Assembly: GCA_963815675.1 (NCBI GenBank)
Contig: CAWFHP010000007.1
Coordinates: 37,302-101,301, forward strand
Length of the DNA: 64,000 bases
Reading direction: 5' to 3'
From: an uncultured Acidobacteriota bacterium
Lineage (GTDB): Bacteria; Acidobacteriota; Vicinamibacteria; Marinacidobacterales; SMYC01
The position numbers and the translations under genes were made by a program. This document shows, piece by piece, positions 20,743-31,668 of this stretch (its first letter is position 1; every line of letters begins with the position of its first letter). The notes below the pieces were generated by a model. The model did not search any database and had not been told where the DNA came from. It saw only the letters and a program-made list of their open reading frames with translations.

Positions 20743-21756
20743 ATGCGCAAGAAAGTCACTCTCGTCACGGGAGCCGCGGGCGAAGTCGGGACGTCGCTCG
20801 TTCAGAAGCTGACGGCCTCGTCGTCCCGGCCGGTAGTGGCGCTCGACTTGAGCGCGCTTCACTACGAGCTTCCCCCGGGACACGTCTCTACCCAGGGCGA
20901 CGTCCTAGACGACAGCCTCCTGTCGCGGCTCGTCGCCGAGTACGAGATTGAGTGCATCTTTCATCTCGCCGCTCTCCTCTCGACCCGCGCGGAGTTCACC
21001 CCGGAGCAGGCCCACCGGGTCAACGTCGAAGGCACGCTCCGTCTCCTGCGCCTCGCTTCCGAGCAGTCCCAATGGCGTGGGCAGCCGGTGCAGTTCATCT
21101 TTCCCAGCTCGATCGCGGTCTACGGGTTTCCCACTCCCGAGGTCAAGTCGCGCTATTCCCGGGTGCGCGAGTGGGAGTGGACGAATCCCACGACGATGTA
21201 CGGGTGTAACAAGCTCTACTGCGAGCTCCTCGGGAGCTACCTGAGCCAGCACTACAAGCAGCTGTCCGCCGAGGAGCCGGTGATGATCGATTTCCGCTCC
21301 GTTCGATTTCCCGGGCTCATCAGCGCCTTCACCCTTCCGAGCGGTGGGACGAGCGACTACGCCCCCGAGATGATCCACGCCGCCGCTCAAAAACAGCCGT
21401 ATCACACCTTCGTTGCACCCGAGGTTCGAATCCCTTTCCTGGCGATGCCCGACGCGATCGGCGCCCTCCTGTCTCTCGCCGCCGCTCCCAAGGGGGCGCT
21501 CACCCGACTGGTCTACAACGTCACCGCCTTCAGCCTTTCCGCCGCCGAGATCCGCGATCGGGTCGTCGCTGCCTTCCCCGACGCGAGCATCGACTTCGTG
21601 CCCGACCCGAAACGCCAGGCGATCGTCGATACCTGGCCCTCGGACCTCGACGACACCGCCGCCCGCCACGACTGGAAGTGGGACCCGGAGTACGACGTCA
21701 AGCGTGCCTTCGACGACTACCTCGTCCCCAACATCAAGAAACGGTACGCTCACTAG
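20743..21756 (+). CDS. NAD-dependent epimerase-fold L-threonine 3-dehydrogenase-like protein
   Basis: TGAAGEVG, HLAALLS, PSSIAVYG, P.TMYGCNK, RFPGLIS, GGTSDYA, IVDTWP. Confidence 0.85.
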   Translation: MRKKVTLVTGAAGEVGTSLVQKLTASSSRPVVALDLSALHYELPPGHVSTQGDVLDDSLLSRLVAEYEIECIFHLAALLSTRAEFTPEQAHRVNVEGTLRLLRLASEQSQWRGQPVQFIFPSSIAVYGFPTPEVKSRYSRVREWEWTNPTTMYGCNKLYCELLGSYLSQHYKQLSAEEPVMIDFRSVRFPGLISAFTLPSGGTSDYAPEMIHAAAQKQPYHTFVAPEVRIPFLAMPDAIGALLSLAAAPKGALTRLVYNVTAFSLSAAEIRDRVVAAFPDASIDFVPDPKRQAIVDTWPSDLDDTAARHDWKWDPEYDVKRAFDDYLVPNIKKRYAH

Positions 21757-21869
21757 CCGCACCGGGGCTTGACACAAAGTCGCCGTCGTATTGTCCATCG
21801 GAGAATGCCACCATCGCGGTGTCGGGCCCGGAGCATGAGTCCCGGACAACGAGCGGTTCGTGGCGCGTA

Positions 21870-22190
21870 TCGTGTGACGGACCTCGACCCATGGGTTGAC
21901 CGACCCCCCAGACGCAGTGCGCGTATACGCGGGGTTGGCGCTTTCGGAGCTCCGCTTCAGATCGACGGTCGAGGATCTCGCCACGCTGGAGCTTATTTTT
22001 CAGATCGGCGTCCCGCCAGTTCGTATCGATGTTTGACGTCGATCGACGGCGTCGTGCGATGAGCCTGGCCGGCGAGAGTCTCGTCGCGGTACGACGACCA
22101 GCCGGTCCATGTGATTTCGCAGCACCATTTCATTCAGAACAAGAGGGCCTCGAAGACTCCAATCTCGCAACATGGAAGCCCTCGAGCGGA
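21870..22190 (+). pseudogene. Degraded nucleotidyltransferase-like gene remnant
   Basis: Cross-frame fragments DLD.WV, FGAPL, FQIGVPPVRID, TSIDGV, AWP.R, VISQHHFIQNKRAS; no start found. Confidence 0.55.
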
Positions 22191-22345
22191 ACAAACAACC
22201 AGACGCGTAGCTCCACCTCGGGACACGCCGGTCCGCACGGCGATATGTGGAAGAGGGGCTCTGGCTGGTTTCGCTCGGTGGCGGAACGCGTCCGCTGTGG
22301 TCGCGGGACGGACGGGAGTTGTTCTAACTGACTGAGCCAGAGCGG

Positions 22346-22636
22346 TTGATGGCGGCGCCGATTCAGCCAGGGCCGACGTTTGCCGCCGGGAATCCGCAGC
22401 AGGTGGTCGAGGCGGTCTATCCGGCGCGAAGCAATTCGCGCACGTACGACGTGTCCGCGGACGGCCATCGGTTCCTGATGATCCAGAGCTCCGCCACGGC
22501 AGACGTCCCCAGCCTGGTCGTGGTCGAGCACTGGCTCGAGGAGCTTAAGGCGCGGGTTCCGACGCACCAGCATTTCCGCTGCCTTTGCAGGCCCAACTCC
22601 GGCTTCGTCAGGAGTCCAAACTTGATGCTGTCATAA
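22346..22636 (+). pseudogene. C-terminal remnant of a kinase/TolB-like beta-propeller protein
   Basis: RTYDVSADGHRFLMI...LVVVEHWLEELKARVP matches the typical C-terminus of kinase-PD40 proteins. Confidence 0.7.
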
Positions 22637-22658
22637 TGCCACTATACTATGGTGAATT

Positions 22659-23890
22659 ATGACATACCGACGTCGGGAGTTGTCGGGGTTGGCGGGCGAC
22701 GCCCTCGAGACCATGCCGGTGGTAGTGATTACCGGACTTCGTCAATCTGGAAAGACGACGTTCCTGCAGCAGGACCCGATCTTTCGAGGGCGGCGCTTCT
22801 ACTCGTTGGATGATTTCGCGGTATTGGAGGCGGCCCGTCGAGACCCGGACGGGCTCGTCGCGGGCGAGGAACCGATCACCATCGACGAAGCCCAACGCTG
22901 TCCCGAGCTTCTTCATTGCCGTAAAGCGCGCCGTCGACCGCAAGCGGCGGGCAGGACAGTTCGTTTTGAGCGGCTCGGCAAACCTGACTCTCCTGAGTGC
23001 CGTGACCGAGTCACTGGCTGGAAGAGCTCTGTACTTGAAGCTCACGCCATTTACTCGACGGGAAGCTCGAGAAGATGCTCGTCACGGAAACCCTTTACCT
23101 CGCGAAACTCCTCGAGGGACAAAACCCGGGGCGCACCGCGCGCCGCCGAGCCAATACGCGAGCGCGAGATGCCTCATGGGGGGATGCCGACCATCGTCAC
23201 CGGGGAGGCGAAACGCCCCCACCTCTGGTTCCTGGGCTACGAACAGACGTATGCTCGAGCGCGATACTTCGCGATCTCGCGCAGTGTGGCGGATCTCGTT
23301 GCCTTCCGTTCTTTGATGCGCCTCGCGGCCCTGAGGACGGGACAGATACTGAACCAGAGCAATCTGGCTCGCGACGTCAAGCTTCCCGCCAGCACCGTGA
23401 CCCGATACCTCGACCTTCTTGAAACATCGATGATTCTGGAGAAGGTGGAGCCGTATCTGAGAATCGGACGGCCCATCTCATCAAGTCGCCGAAGATCTGC
23501 ATGAGCGACTCCGGCATCGCGGCTCACCTGACCGGAGTCGAGAACCTCGGCGCCGACGCAGATGCAGCCGATGAGGGGGCCACTCTTCGAGACCTATGTT
23601 TACCAGAATCTCGCGGGGATCCTCGCATCCCGGCTCCCGCGCTACGAGCTGGGCTTTTGGAGCGTACAGGGAAGGCACGAGCTCGACTTCGTCGTTTGGC
23701 GTGGACGCGACGTCGTCGCCATCGAAGTCAAGGCCAAACGCCGGTTCCATGAAAAAGAGCTGGGCGGTTTGCGGGCATTCATGAACAAGACGCCGGGCAT
23801 CCGCGCGGCCGTGCTCGCATACAACGGAATCGAAACGGTGAAGCTGGAAACAGGCTGTACGCGGTACCGATCGCCACACTCGTTTCGTGA
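22659..23890 (+). CDS. AAA_14 ATPase with DUF4143 domain, multiply frameshifted
   Basis: TGLRQSGKTT, IDEAQR.PEL, GQFVLSGSANL, ESLAGR, GGMP, DSG, LFET.V, ELDFV, AIEVK. Confidence 0.85.
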
Positions 23891-23965
23891 AAGGCGGGTA
23901 ACACCCGGCGCCTACGTCACGATATGTTGCGGGCCATCTGATGCCACTCGTCGCCGATTCTCGAC

Positions 23966-24200
23966 GGACATCGCCCACATTTATGGGCTCGAAGACAGCA
24001 GTGATACGACCGCGCTCGTTCTCGAGCTCGTCGATGGGACGACCCTCTCCGTCGGAGCGCCCAGAGTGCGGCCCCGCTCGACGAGGCTCTCTTGATCGCA
24101 ACGCGGATCGCGGACGCTCTCGAAGCGGGGCATGAGCGAGGCGTCATCCCCGCGATCTCAAGCCACCGACATCAAGCTACGGCGCGAAGGGGTCGTGAAA
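23966..24200 (+). pseudogene. Internal remnant of a Ser/Thr kinase domain
   Basis: IAHIYGLE...ALVLELVDG.TL, then DEALLIA.RIADALEAGHERGVI.RDLKP and GVVK in shifting frames. Confidence 0.7.
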
Positions 24201-24304
24201 TGTGCCTGGACTACGGAAAATGAGGACAAGACGTCGGCAACGGGCCCGTTACAAGACCCGGCTCCGCGAATTTCGTGCGCAACCGCGTTCCCGAGTCGAA
24301 GCCC

Positions 24305-24698
24305 TCAAACGACGGGTGCCAGGCCGGATCTGCGGATTCGCTCGTCTCGGGTGCAGCACGTTGCCCCCACGACCCTGGCGGTGGCAACGATGATGCAGTC
24401 TCCCGGATCGCGGTGGAAGCTATCGGGCAACGCCGCGACCTCGGCAGCCACCGCAGGGGTGATGTGGGCACGGCGAACCAGCGGTGGAGCCGTGGCGCAC
24501 TCGAGCCAATCGCGCAAGGAAAGGTCAAGCTCGATCCTCCCGAGACTCTCAAGGGTTGCGAAACCCAAAGGGTAAGTCGGACACCCAAAGAGGTTCTTCA
24601 TTGCTCGCGGATTCGATGACCGTGCGATGCTGATCCGACAGTGGCACCGGAGCCGAAATCCAGTGGAGCAGGATGTGCGTATCGACAGGGCTCTGATT
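24305..24698 (-). CDS. vapC: VapC/PIN-domain toxin (frameshifted or degraded 5' part)
   Basis: VDTHILLHW at ~24660-24686; LPDSFHRDPGDCIIVATA, TRDERI. Confidence 0.8.
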
Positions 24699-24938
24699 CT
24701 AGCTCGACAACGCCTCCCAGGCGTCCGCTGGAAGAGGCGGCTCGACGATGTCGCCTTTAATCCGCAACTGTACCCATGATGCCTGGTCTGAGGATAGCCT
24801 TCTCTCGCGGAACCGGAGGCACGAGCTGGGCGACCGGTTTTCCCCGTTTCAAGATGTTACAGGCTCCCCCGTACGTGCGACCTCATCGAGAACAGCGAGA
24901 CACTTCGCCTTGAACTCAGTAAAGGATAACGTCTTCAT
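24699..24938 (-). CDS. Phd/YefM-family antitoxin (frameshifted); not in the ORF track
   Basis: Manual translation MKTLSFTEFKAKCLAVLDEVARTGEPV.ILKRGKPVAQLVP...IKGDIVEPPLPADAWEALSS. Confidence 0.85.
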
Positions 24939-24945
24939 ATAACCA

Positions 24946-24957
24946 AGTCTAATAGAC
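24946..24957 (-). promoter_or_regulatory. -10 box TAGACT overlapped by the palindrome GTCTA-A-TAGAC (probable TA operator)
   Basis: Perfect 5-bp inverted repeat; -10 lies 7 nt before the antitoxin ATG. Confidence 0.55.
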
Positions 24958-25483
24958 CGGGCATGTCCCATCAAGGCCGGATGCGTCCAACCACGTCGTT
25001 CGTGTGACCTGCTGAGTTTCCTTCAGAGGAATCGCCGAGAGTCACCACCCGCTATTACCGAATGCGCTACCCGGCCCCTCTCGGTCTACACACGTGGGTG
25101 AGCAGGACCTCCGCCTCGTCGGACTCACTCAAACTCTTGTGACCTGCGGCGCAACGGGCTCGCTGCAGAACGCCGCATGCCGGGAGCGCAGGCGCATTGA
25201 GTTCATTGCATTCCAAGGGGACCCGTAGGGCTCGTTCCCGGTTTTAACTCGATATGGGTTTCGGGCGAGGCCGTAGGACTCAGGTCCGACTGTCCCTAGT
25301 TTCTGGCACTCCTCGGACGTTCCACGGCTCGTTGACGAGTGGCGGGGTACGGCGTTACCCTGGAATATCAGATCCCATAAAGAATGATGGCGGTGCGGAA
25401 GCGCCGTTTCCCTCTCTCGCGTCCACCTCCGCGCGGCTCGCGGCTGGTGAACGCACGTTCGGATCAGGCACCGAGAGCTGCGG

Positions 25484-27869
25484 ATGGCGAACCTTTTCCA
25501 AGGGACATTGGACGAAGACGAGCTGACCGGCACGCTTCGAAGTCTCCAGGCGGCGGAGGCGTCGGGTGTGCTGCACGTCGCGAGAGACGGGTGCGAGAAG
25601 CGGATTCTCTTTCGGCGGGGTCGCATCATCTCGGTGTCCCTCGATGCGGAGGAAGACGAGATTGGGGGCGCGCTCGTCGACCGGGACGGCTCGAGTCCAC
25701 GGAGCTCGAGACCACTCGGGCGGAGCTCGAGCGGTCCGCTCTCTGATGCGATTCCTCTCCTGGCGTAAGGGAGAGTACCGGTTCGAGGAGGGTGAGCCGT
25801 GGTCCACTCCGACGCGGCTCGACCTTACGCCCTCGGAGGCGGTCGAACAGAGGCTCCGCCAGACTCCGCAGCCGCCGGGGGAGACAGGGAGCGATGGAGA
25901 GAGCCCGCCCCGGGTCCGATGGTCGGCGAACGCGACGCCCCTCGCGGAAGTGACGCTCTCGACGAAGGAGAGCACGCTCCTGGACTTTCTTCGCTCGCCC
26001 ACGAACCAGAATCTGACCGCGTCCGAGATTGTCGCTCGCTCCCCGTTGAGCGACGCGGAGACCATCCAGATTCTTTCGAAGCTCCTCGCGGCAGGCGTGA
26101 TTGAGGATAAGAACGCCGCGCGAGGACCCGGCCTCTCGTCGACGCTCGCGGGAGCGCGCGTGCCATCTGCGTCGAGCTGGTCCGCGGCTCCCCAATCCGC
26201 CCCGCCCCAGAAGCTGGGCCGGTTCGTCATCGAGGGAACGCTCGGACGAGGGTCGATGGGCGCGGTGCTCCTCGCCAAGGATCCGGCGATCGACCGCGTC
26301 GTCGCCATCAAGCTCATCCAGACCGCGGGGCATCTCTCCTCTTCCCAGAGCGAGAAATACCGCGAGCGTTTCTACCGGGAGGCAAGCGCCGCGGGTCAGC
26401 TTCTGCATCCGAACATCGCCACCGTCTTCGACGTCGGCCACACCGACGACGGGACCCCGTTCATCGTGATGGAGTACGTGAAAGGCCAGACCCTCCGGGA
26501 AGCCCTCGAGACGGAGACGTTCTCGGTGGCGGAGACGATGCGGATCGCGCGCGATGTTCTCGACGCGCTGCGATTCGCGCACGCCCAGGGCATCGTGCAT
26601 CGCGACGTCAAGCCGGGCAACATCATGATCACGCCGATCGGCACGCCAAGATCATGGACTTCGGGATTGCCCATGTCGTGGGCTCGGAGCTGACTTCGGC
26701 CGAGGACGTGCTCGGGAGCCCGTACTACATGGCTCCGGAGCAGCTCTCGAAAGGACCCATCGGTCCGCATACCGATCTCTTCGCCTTTGCCGTGGTTCTC
26801 TACCGCATGCTCACCGGTGTCCTGCCATTCACCGGTGAGTCCTTCGCCGCCATCGCTCACGCCATCCTTCACGAGAGCCCCGCCGCCCCCGAGCTCTTCT
26901 CCGCCCAAATCCCGAAGGCGCTTTCCCAGATCGTGCTCCGGTGCCTCGAGAAGTCTCCGGAGGATTGTTATCCGAGCGCCGAGCAGGCGCTGCGGGATCT
27001 CGCCGCCGCCGCCGCCGGAAAGGAGACGCGCCCGCCTCCACCGAAGGCAAAAAGCCGGTTGACCCCGCTCGGCGCGGGGCGGCGCATCTACACGCTCGCC
27101 GTCCTCACCTTGCTCGGGCTCCTCGCCATCGTCGCGACCCTCATTCCCGTCGAAACGAAGTCCACTCGACCGACGAGCGCTAGCGGTGCCGGTGCAGGCG
27201 CCGGCGCCGCAATCGCCCGCACCCGTGCCACCCGAGACGACAACCGCAACGTCCTCCCCCCCCCCCGGCGGTCGAAAAGCCCGCGACGAGGCCGAACGTG
27301 GAGCCGGGCCCTCCTTCACGGACGGAGCCGAGTCCGCGGCCGCGAACGACCAGGCCCGTGCCCCGCGGCCGGCGGCGCCTGCGACCGCCGAGACGGGCGA
27401 GACGCCCACGAAGGAGGCCCCGGCGCCGAGCGTCGCCGACCTGTTCTACGAGGCACGCCTCGCGCTCGAGCGTGGCGAGCTGGACGAGGCCAGGACACGG
27501 CTGGAAACGCTATCGCAGGCGCGATCCCGCTTTCGCGGGCGGCGCCGACCTCTACGTCCAGGTAACCGATCAGATTGGGAGGCCCGCCTGCCGATCGTCA
27601 TGACCGCACGCCACAATCACCGTCTCGGGAGCTGCGAAGGCGAGCTGAGCCTCGCGACGATTGGCGTTCGGTTCCACTCCGAAGACCACGACTGGGCCTT
27701 CGCGAAAGAGGACATCCGGGTTCTGGAGCATCCCGACGAGAGCACCTTGATTGTCGAGACCTACGAAAAGGACCTGCTGGGCCTGGGGAAGAACAAGCGC
27801 TACAAGTTCGACCTGGAAGCGCCGCTTTCCGAAGATGATTGGGTGCGCTACCAGCGGCTCATCAAGTAG
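25484..27869 (+). CDS. DUF4388 + Ser/Thr kinase + TM + Pro-rich/TPR-like extracellular region; frameshifted
   Basis: FQGTL...SGVL.V...W.KGEYRFEEG; GRGSMGAV, HPNIATVFD, HRDVKPGN, MDFGIA, YMAPEQ; hydrophobic segment ~27090-27150. Confidence 0.82.
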
Positions 27870-27872
27870 CCG

Positions 27873-30190
27873 TCAACAGCTTCCAGACCTTCTCGGGAGT
27901 GAGGGGAGTGTCGATGTGCCGACGCCCAGATGAGCGAGGGCATCGACGACCGCGTTCACCACCGCGGGCGTGGAACCGATCGTGGCCGCCTCGCCCATAC
28001 CCTTCACCCCCAGAGGATTGTGCGGCGTCGGGGTCTCGGTGCGATGGCTCGAACCGGGGAGTAGGTCGGCGCGAGGCACCGCGTACTCCATCAGCGATCC
28101 CGTGACGAGGTTGCCGTCTTCGTCGTAGACCGCGCCCTCGAAGAGAGCCTGGCCGATTCCCTGGGCGATCCCGCCGTGGACTGGCCGGCGACCAGCAGAG
28201 GATTGATGACCCGGCCGCAGTCGTCGACGGTGAGGTAGCGAACGATCTCGATCTCGCCTGTATCCGGATCGAGCTCCACGACCGCGAAGTGGGTTCCGAA
28301 AGGATAGGTCTCCCCCGCGGGGGCGAAGTCGCCCTCGGCGGTGAGCTTCCCTTGCAGTTCGGGCGGAAGCGCGTCCGAGTTTCCCAGGGCGGCAACTTCC
28401 TTCCAGGAGACCCTCCGGGAGGGCATACCCACGACGTGAAACGTACCGTCCTCGAGCACGACGTCGGCGCTCGCCGCCTCCAGCAGATGGGCCGCGATCC
28501 CTCGCGCCGTCTTTCACCCGAACCGAGCTAGCCTGCACCGCCGTGCCCCCAACCGCGGCGCTGCGGCTGCCGAACGTTCCGATGCCCCCGAGGAACGACC
28601 GCCGTGTCCCCGTGCAGGACCTCGATGTCCTCCATCGGGATCTGGAGCGTGTCCGCCGCGATCTGCGCCCAGCTCGTCTCGTGGCCTTGCCCGTGCGGCG
28701 ACGTTCCCGTGAGCACCGTCGTCTTTCCCGAAGGTCCCACGCGAACCGCGCCCAGCTCCCAGGGGCCGAAGCCGCAGATCTCGACGTAACTGGCGATGCC
28801 GATGCCGAGGAGCCTTTCTTTCGAGTCCTTCGCTTCGATCCGGCGACGCTGATCCCGCCTCAGGCGAGGGTAGTCGACACTTTGAGGGCGTCTTCGAGCG
28901 CGCGCAGGTATTCGCCGCTGTCGTAGGTGATTCCGGTGGCCGCCTCGTAGGGAAACTGATCGGGAGCAATGAAATTCCTGCGCCGTACTTCGGCAGGATC
29001 GAGCCCGAGCTCGCGCGCGAGAACATCCATTGCCCGCTCGATGAGATAGGCGGCCTCCGGCCGGCCCGCGCCGCGGTAGGGCTCGCTCCAGACCTTGTTG
29101 GTGAAGACGCCGGTGGCCCGTGCGCGGGCGTTCGGAATGTCGTAGACCCCGGTCATCATGATCCCGGTGAGAGAAGGGATCAGCGGCGTGACCCGGCTGT
29201 AATACGCGCCGGTATCCATCACGAGCGAGAGATCCGCTCCCAGAACCCGGCCCGGAGGCGTCGGAAGCGAGCTTCAACGTTCCCCGCTGGTCGCGCCCGT
29301 GGCTCGTCGTGAAGTAGTCTTCGCTCCGTGTCGCCACCCAGCGAACGGGCCGCTTCAGCATCCGCGCGAGAGTGAGGGCGATCACGTCCTCGCCATACGT
29401 GTTCCCCTTCGCTCCGAATCCACCACCGACTTCGGGAGCGATCACGCGCACCGATGCGGCGTCGAGCCCGAGGATCGAGGCGAGCTCGTCGCGGAGCCCG
29501 TGGGGAGCCTGGGTGCTCGCCCAGACGGTGCACGAACCGTCGCGATCGCAAACGGCGGCGACGGCGCGGGGCTCCATCGCGTTCGGGAACGAGCCTCTGG
29601 ATACGCGCGTCGAGCTCCACCACCTTCGCCGCCTGCGAAAAGGCCGCGTCGACGTCCCCGCCGTCCAGACTCCAGATGAAGCCGAGGTTCGTCCGGGCGC
29701 CTTCGTGGATCCGCGACGCTCCTTCGGCGAGGGCCGCCTCGGGAGTCGAGACGACTTCGAGCGGCTCGTACTCGACGACGACGGCGCCGGCGGCGTCAGC
29801 CGCGAGGTAAGGGTCTTCGGCGACGATGACGGCCACCGGGTCGCCCACGTGACGGACGCGGTCGGAGGCGAGGGGATAGCGCTCGGGAATGAATCGCTCC
29901 TCGAAGCTGCCGTTGTCCCCTTCCTCGATGACGGGAAGCGGTTTCTTCCATTGCGGCCGAAGGTCGTCATAGGTAAACGCGGCGAGGACGCCGGGGAGGG
30001 CGAGCGCGGGCCCGGCGTCGACCGAGAGCACCTTCGCGTGAGCGTAAGGGCTTCTCACGAAAGCCATCGTCGCCGCACCCTCGAGCGGGATATCGGCGAC
30101 GTAGCGTCCCTTTCCCGTGAGCAGAGCCGGGTCTTCCCGGCGGGTGACCTTAGCGCCGATGAACTGCGGGATCGAGATCGTTTTTCGCAT
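27873..30190 (-). CDS. Xanthine dehydrogenase-family molybdopterin subunit (CoxL form II-like); frameshifted
   Basis: R.EDP.LLTG.G.YV.D, RSP.AHA, VGGGFGAKG, PYRGAGRPEA, HGQGHET, DCG..INP, HGGIAQGIGQAL, KGMGEA. Confidence 0.9.
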
Positions 30191-31461
30191 GATGTTCCAG
30201 GAGATTCTTTCCTTCCGCGGCGGGAAGGGACAGGCCGAGGATGGCGGCGAGAGTAGGAGCGATGTCCCGCATGTCGATGCGGCCGAGATTGAGCCCTCGA
30301 GGAATCCCTTCTCCCACGAGAAAGAACGATGCGTCCATCTCCTTCATCTCGGGAAGATACCCGTGCGTGCCCCCGGCGGACGTCGTACGAAGGATGGGCC
30401 CGGAGAGATTCGACCCCGTGTGGAAACCGCGGGCGAGCCCCACGATGAAGGCGGCGTCGGGGTAGCCTCCGAGCCGTCGCGCCTCTTCTCCCTCCAGAAT
30501 CCGATAGATACCGTTGTCGGGGGACTCGGCGAGCTTCGCCAGCACGGCACCGACTGCCGCGCGCGATTCCCGATCGGCGGGGTCGCGGAGCAGGATCATC
30601 GACGAGCCTCCCTGGTCCCAGGCGACGGCCCGCCAGTCCTTCAACCCGCCGTTCCCGTCGACGTCGAGGAGCCCAGCGTCACGGAGCGCGGCGTTGAGGT
30701 CGAGCTCCTTGTCCGACGCGAGAAACCCATGGTCCGAGACCACGCAGAGTACGTCCGCCCGTGCGCGAACCTTGCCCACGAGCTCGTCGAGGCCCTCGAG
30801 CACCGCGAACGCCTTCTTGCTGTAGGGCGCGCTCTCGTGCTCTTCGGTGTCGAGCCCGCCGAAATAGGCGGTCAGGAACGCGGGCTTTTTTTCGCGAAGC
30901 ACCCAGTCGATGAACTCCGCTCTCTTGCGATCCCCCTCGAGGGTGTAGTCGTTTCCTTCGGGAAACGGCCCTACCGCGGCTTCCGCCTCCCGCAGGAGAC
31001 CGGGCGTGGAGAGCGCCCGGATGATCTTCCGGTCCTCGGCATTTCCCGCCCGCCAATACTGAACGATGTCGAAGTCGACGGGAGCCCCCACGCTCACGGG
31101 CCAATCGATGCTGGCCGTGGTCAGGCCGCCGCGGCGGGCCGCCTCCCACAGGGTCTCCGAGCGCAAATCCTCGACGTACCAGTACCAGCCGTCCAGGTTC
31201 TTACCGAACGGGTCGAAGGGGTGGTTGGAATAGATGCCGTGGCGGACTTGGAGATACGCCGGTCACCATCGTGGCGTGGCTCGGGTAGGTTACGGTGGGA
31301 TAGACGCCGGTTACCCCGGTGGCGTAGGTACCCTCCTCGACGAGCCGCCGCAGGTTGGGAACTTTCAACCCGTTGGCGTCCGCCGAAAGGATGTAGTCTG
31401 GCTTGAGCCCGTCGATGGAGAGAAGGACGACGGAGGCGGCGAGAAGAATCGTGGAGACCAT
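30150..31461 (-). CDS. Ectonucleotide pyrophosphatase/phosphodiesterase (alkaline phosphatase superfamily); frameshift ~31240
   Basis: SIDGL.PDY, PTVTYPSHAT.VTGV, WPVS, D..EH, VVSDHGF, GTHGY.P. Confidence 0.9.
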
Positions 31462-31529
31462 AACGGGCCGAGATTGTAACACCGGGTGGAACCTTTCCAA
31501 GAGAGCTTACGTTCCAGCAGCAGTAGTGA

Positions 31530-31650
31530 TACGCGAGCGGAGCGAGGCCGGGAGGAATGGGCGCCGTGAAGCCGGCAGCCCAGGGAATCCGGCCGTCCTC
31601 CCCGCGCGAAGAGCGCGGGGAGCAAGCCGAGCGAAGAAGCGAGGCGAGCC
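31530..31650. repeat. REP-like palindromic intergenic element
   Basis: gcgagcggagcgag and gagcgaagaagcgaggcgagcc flank the hairpin CCCCGCGC-gaaga-GCGCGGGG between divergent genes. Confidence 0.4.
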
Positions 31651-31668
31651 TTAAAGATAGTCTAAGCC

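Noticed and set aside
27873-30190. Aerobic CO dehydrogenase (form I coxL)
   Set aside because: Active-site loop is PYRGAGR, not AYXCSFR; no cox accessory genes
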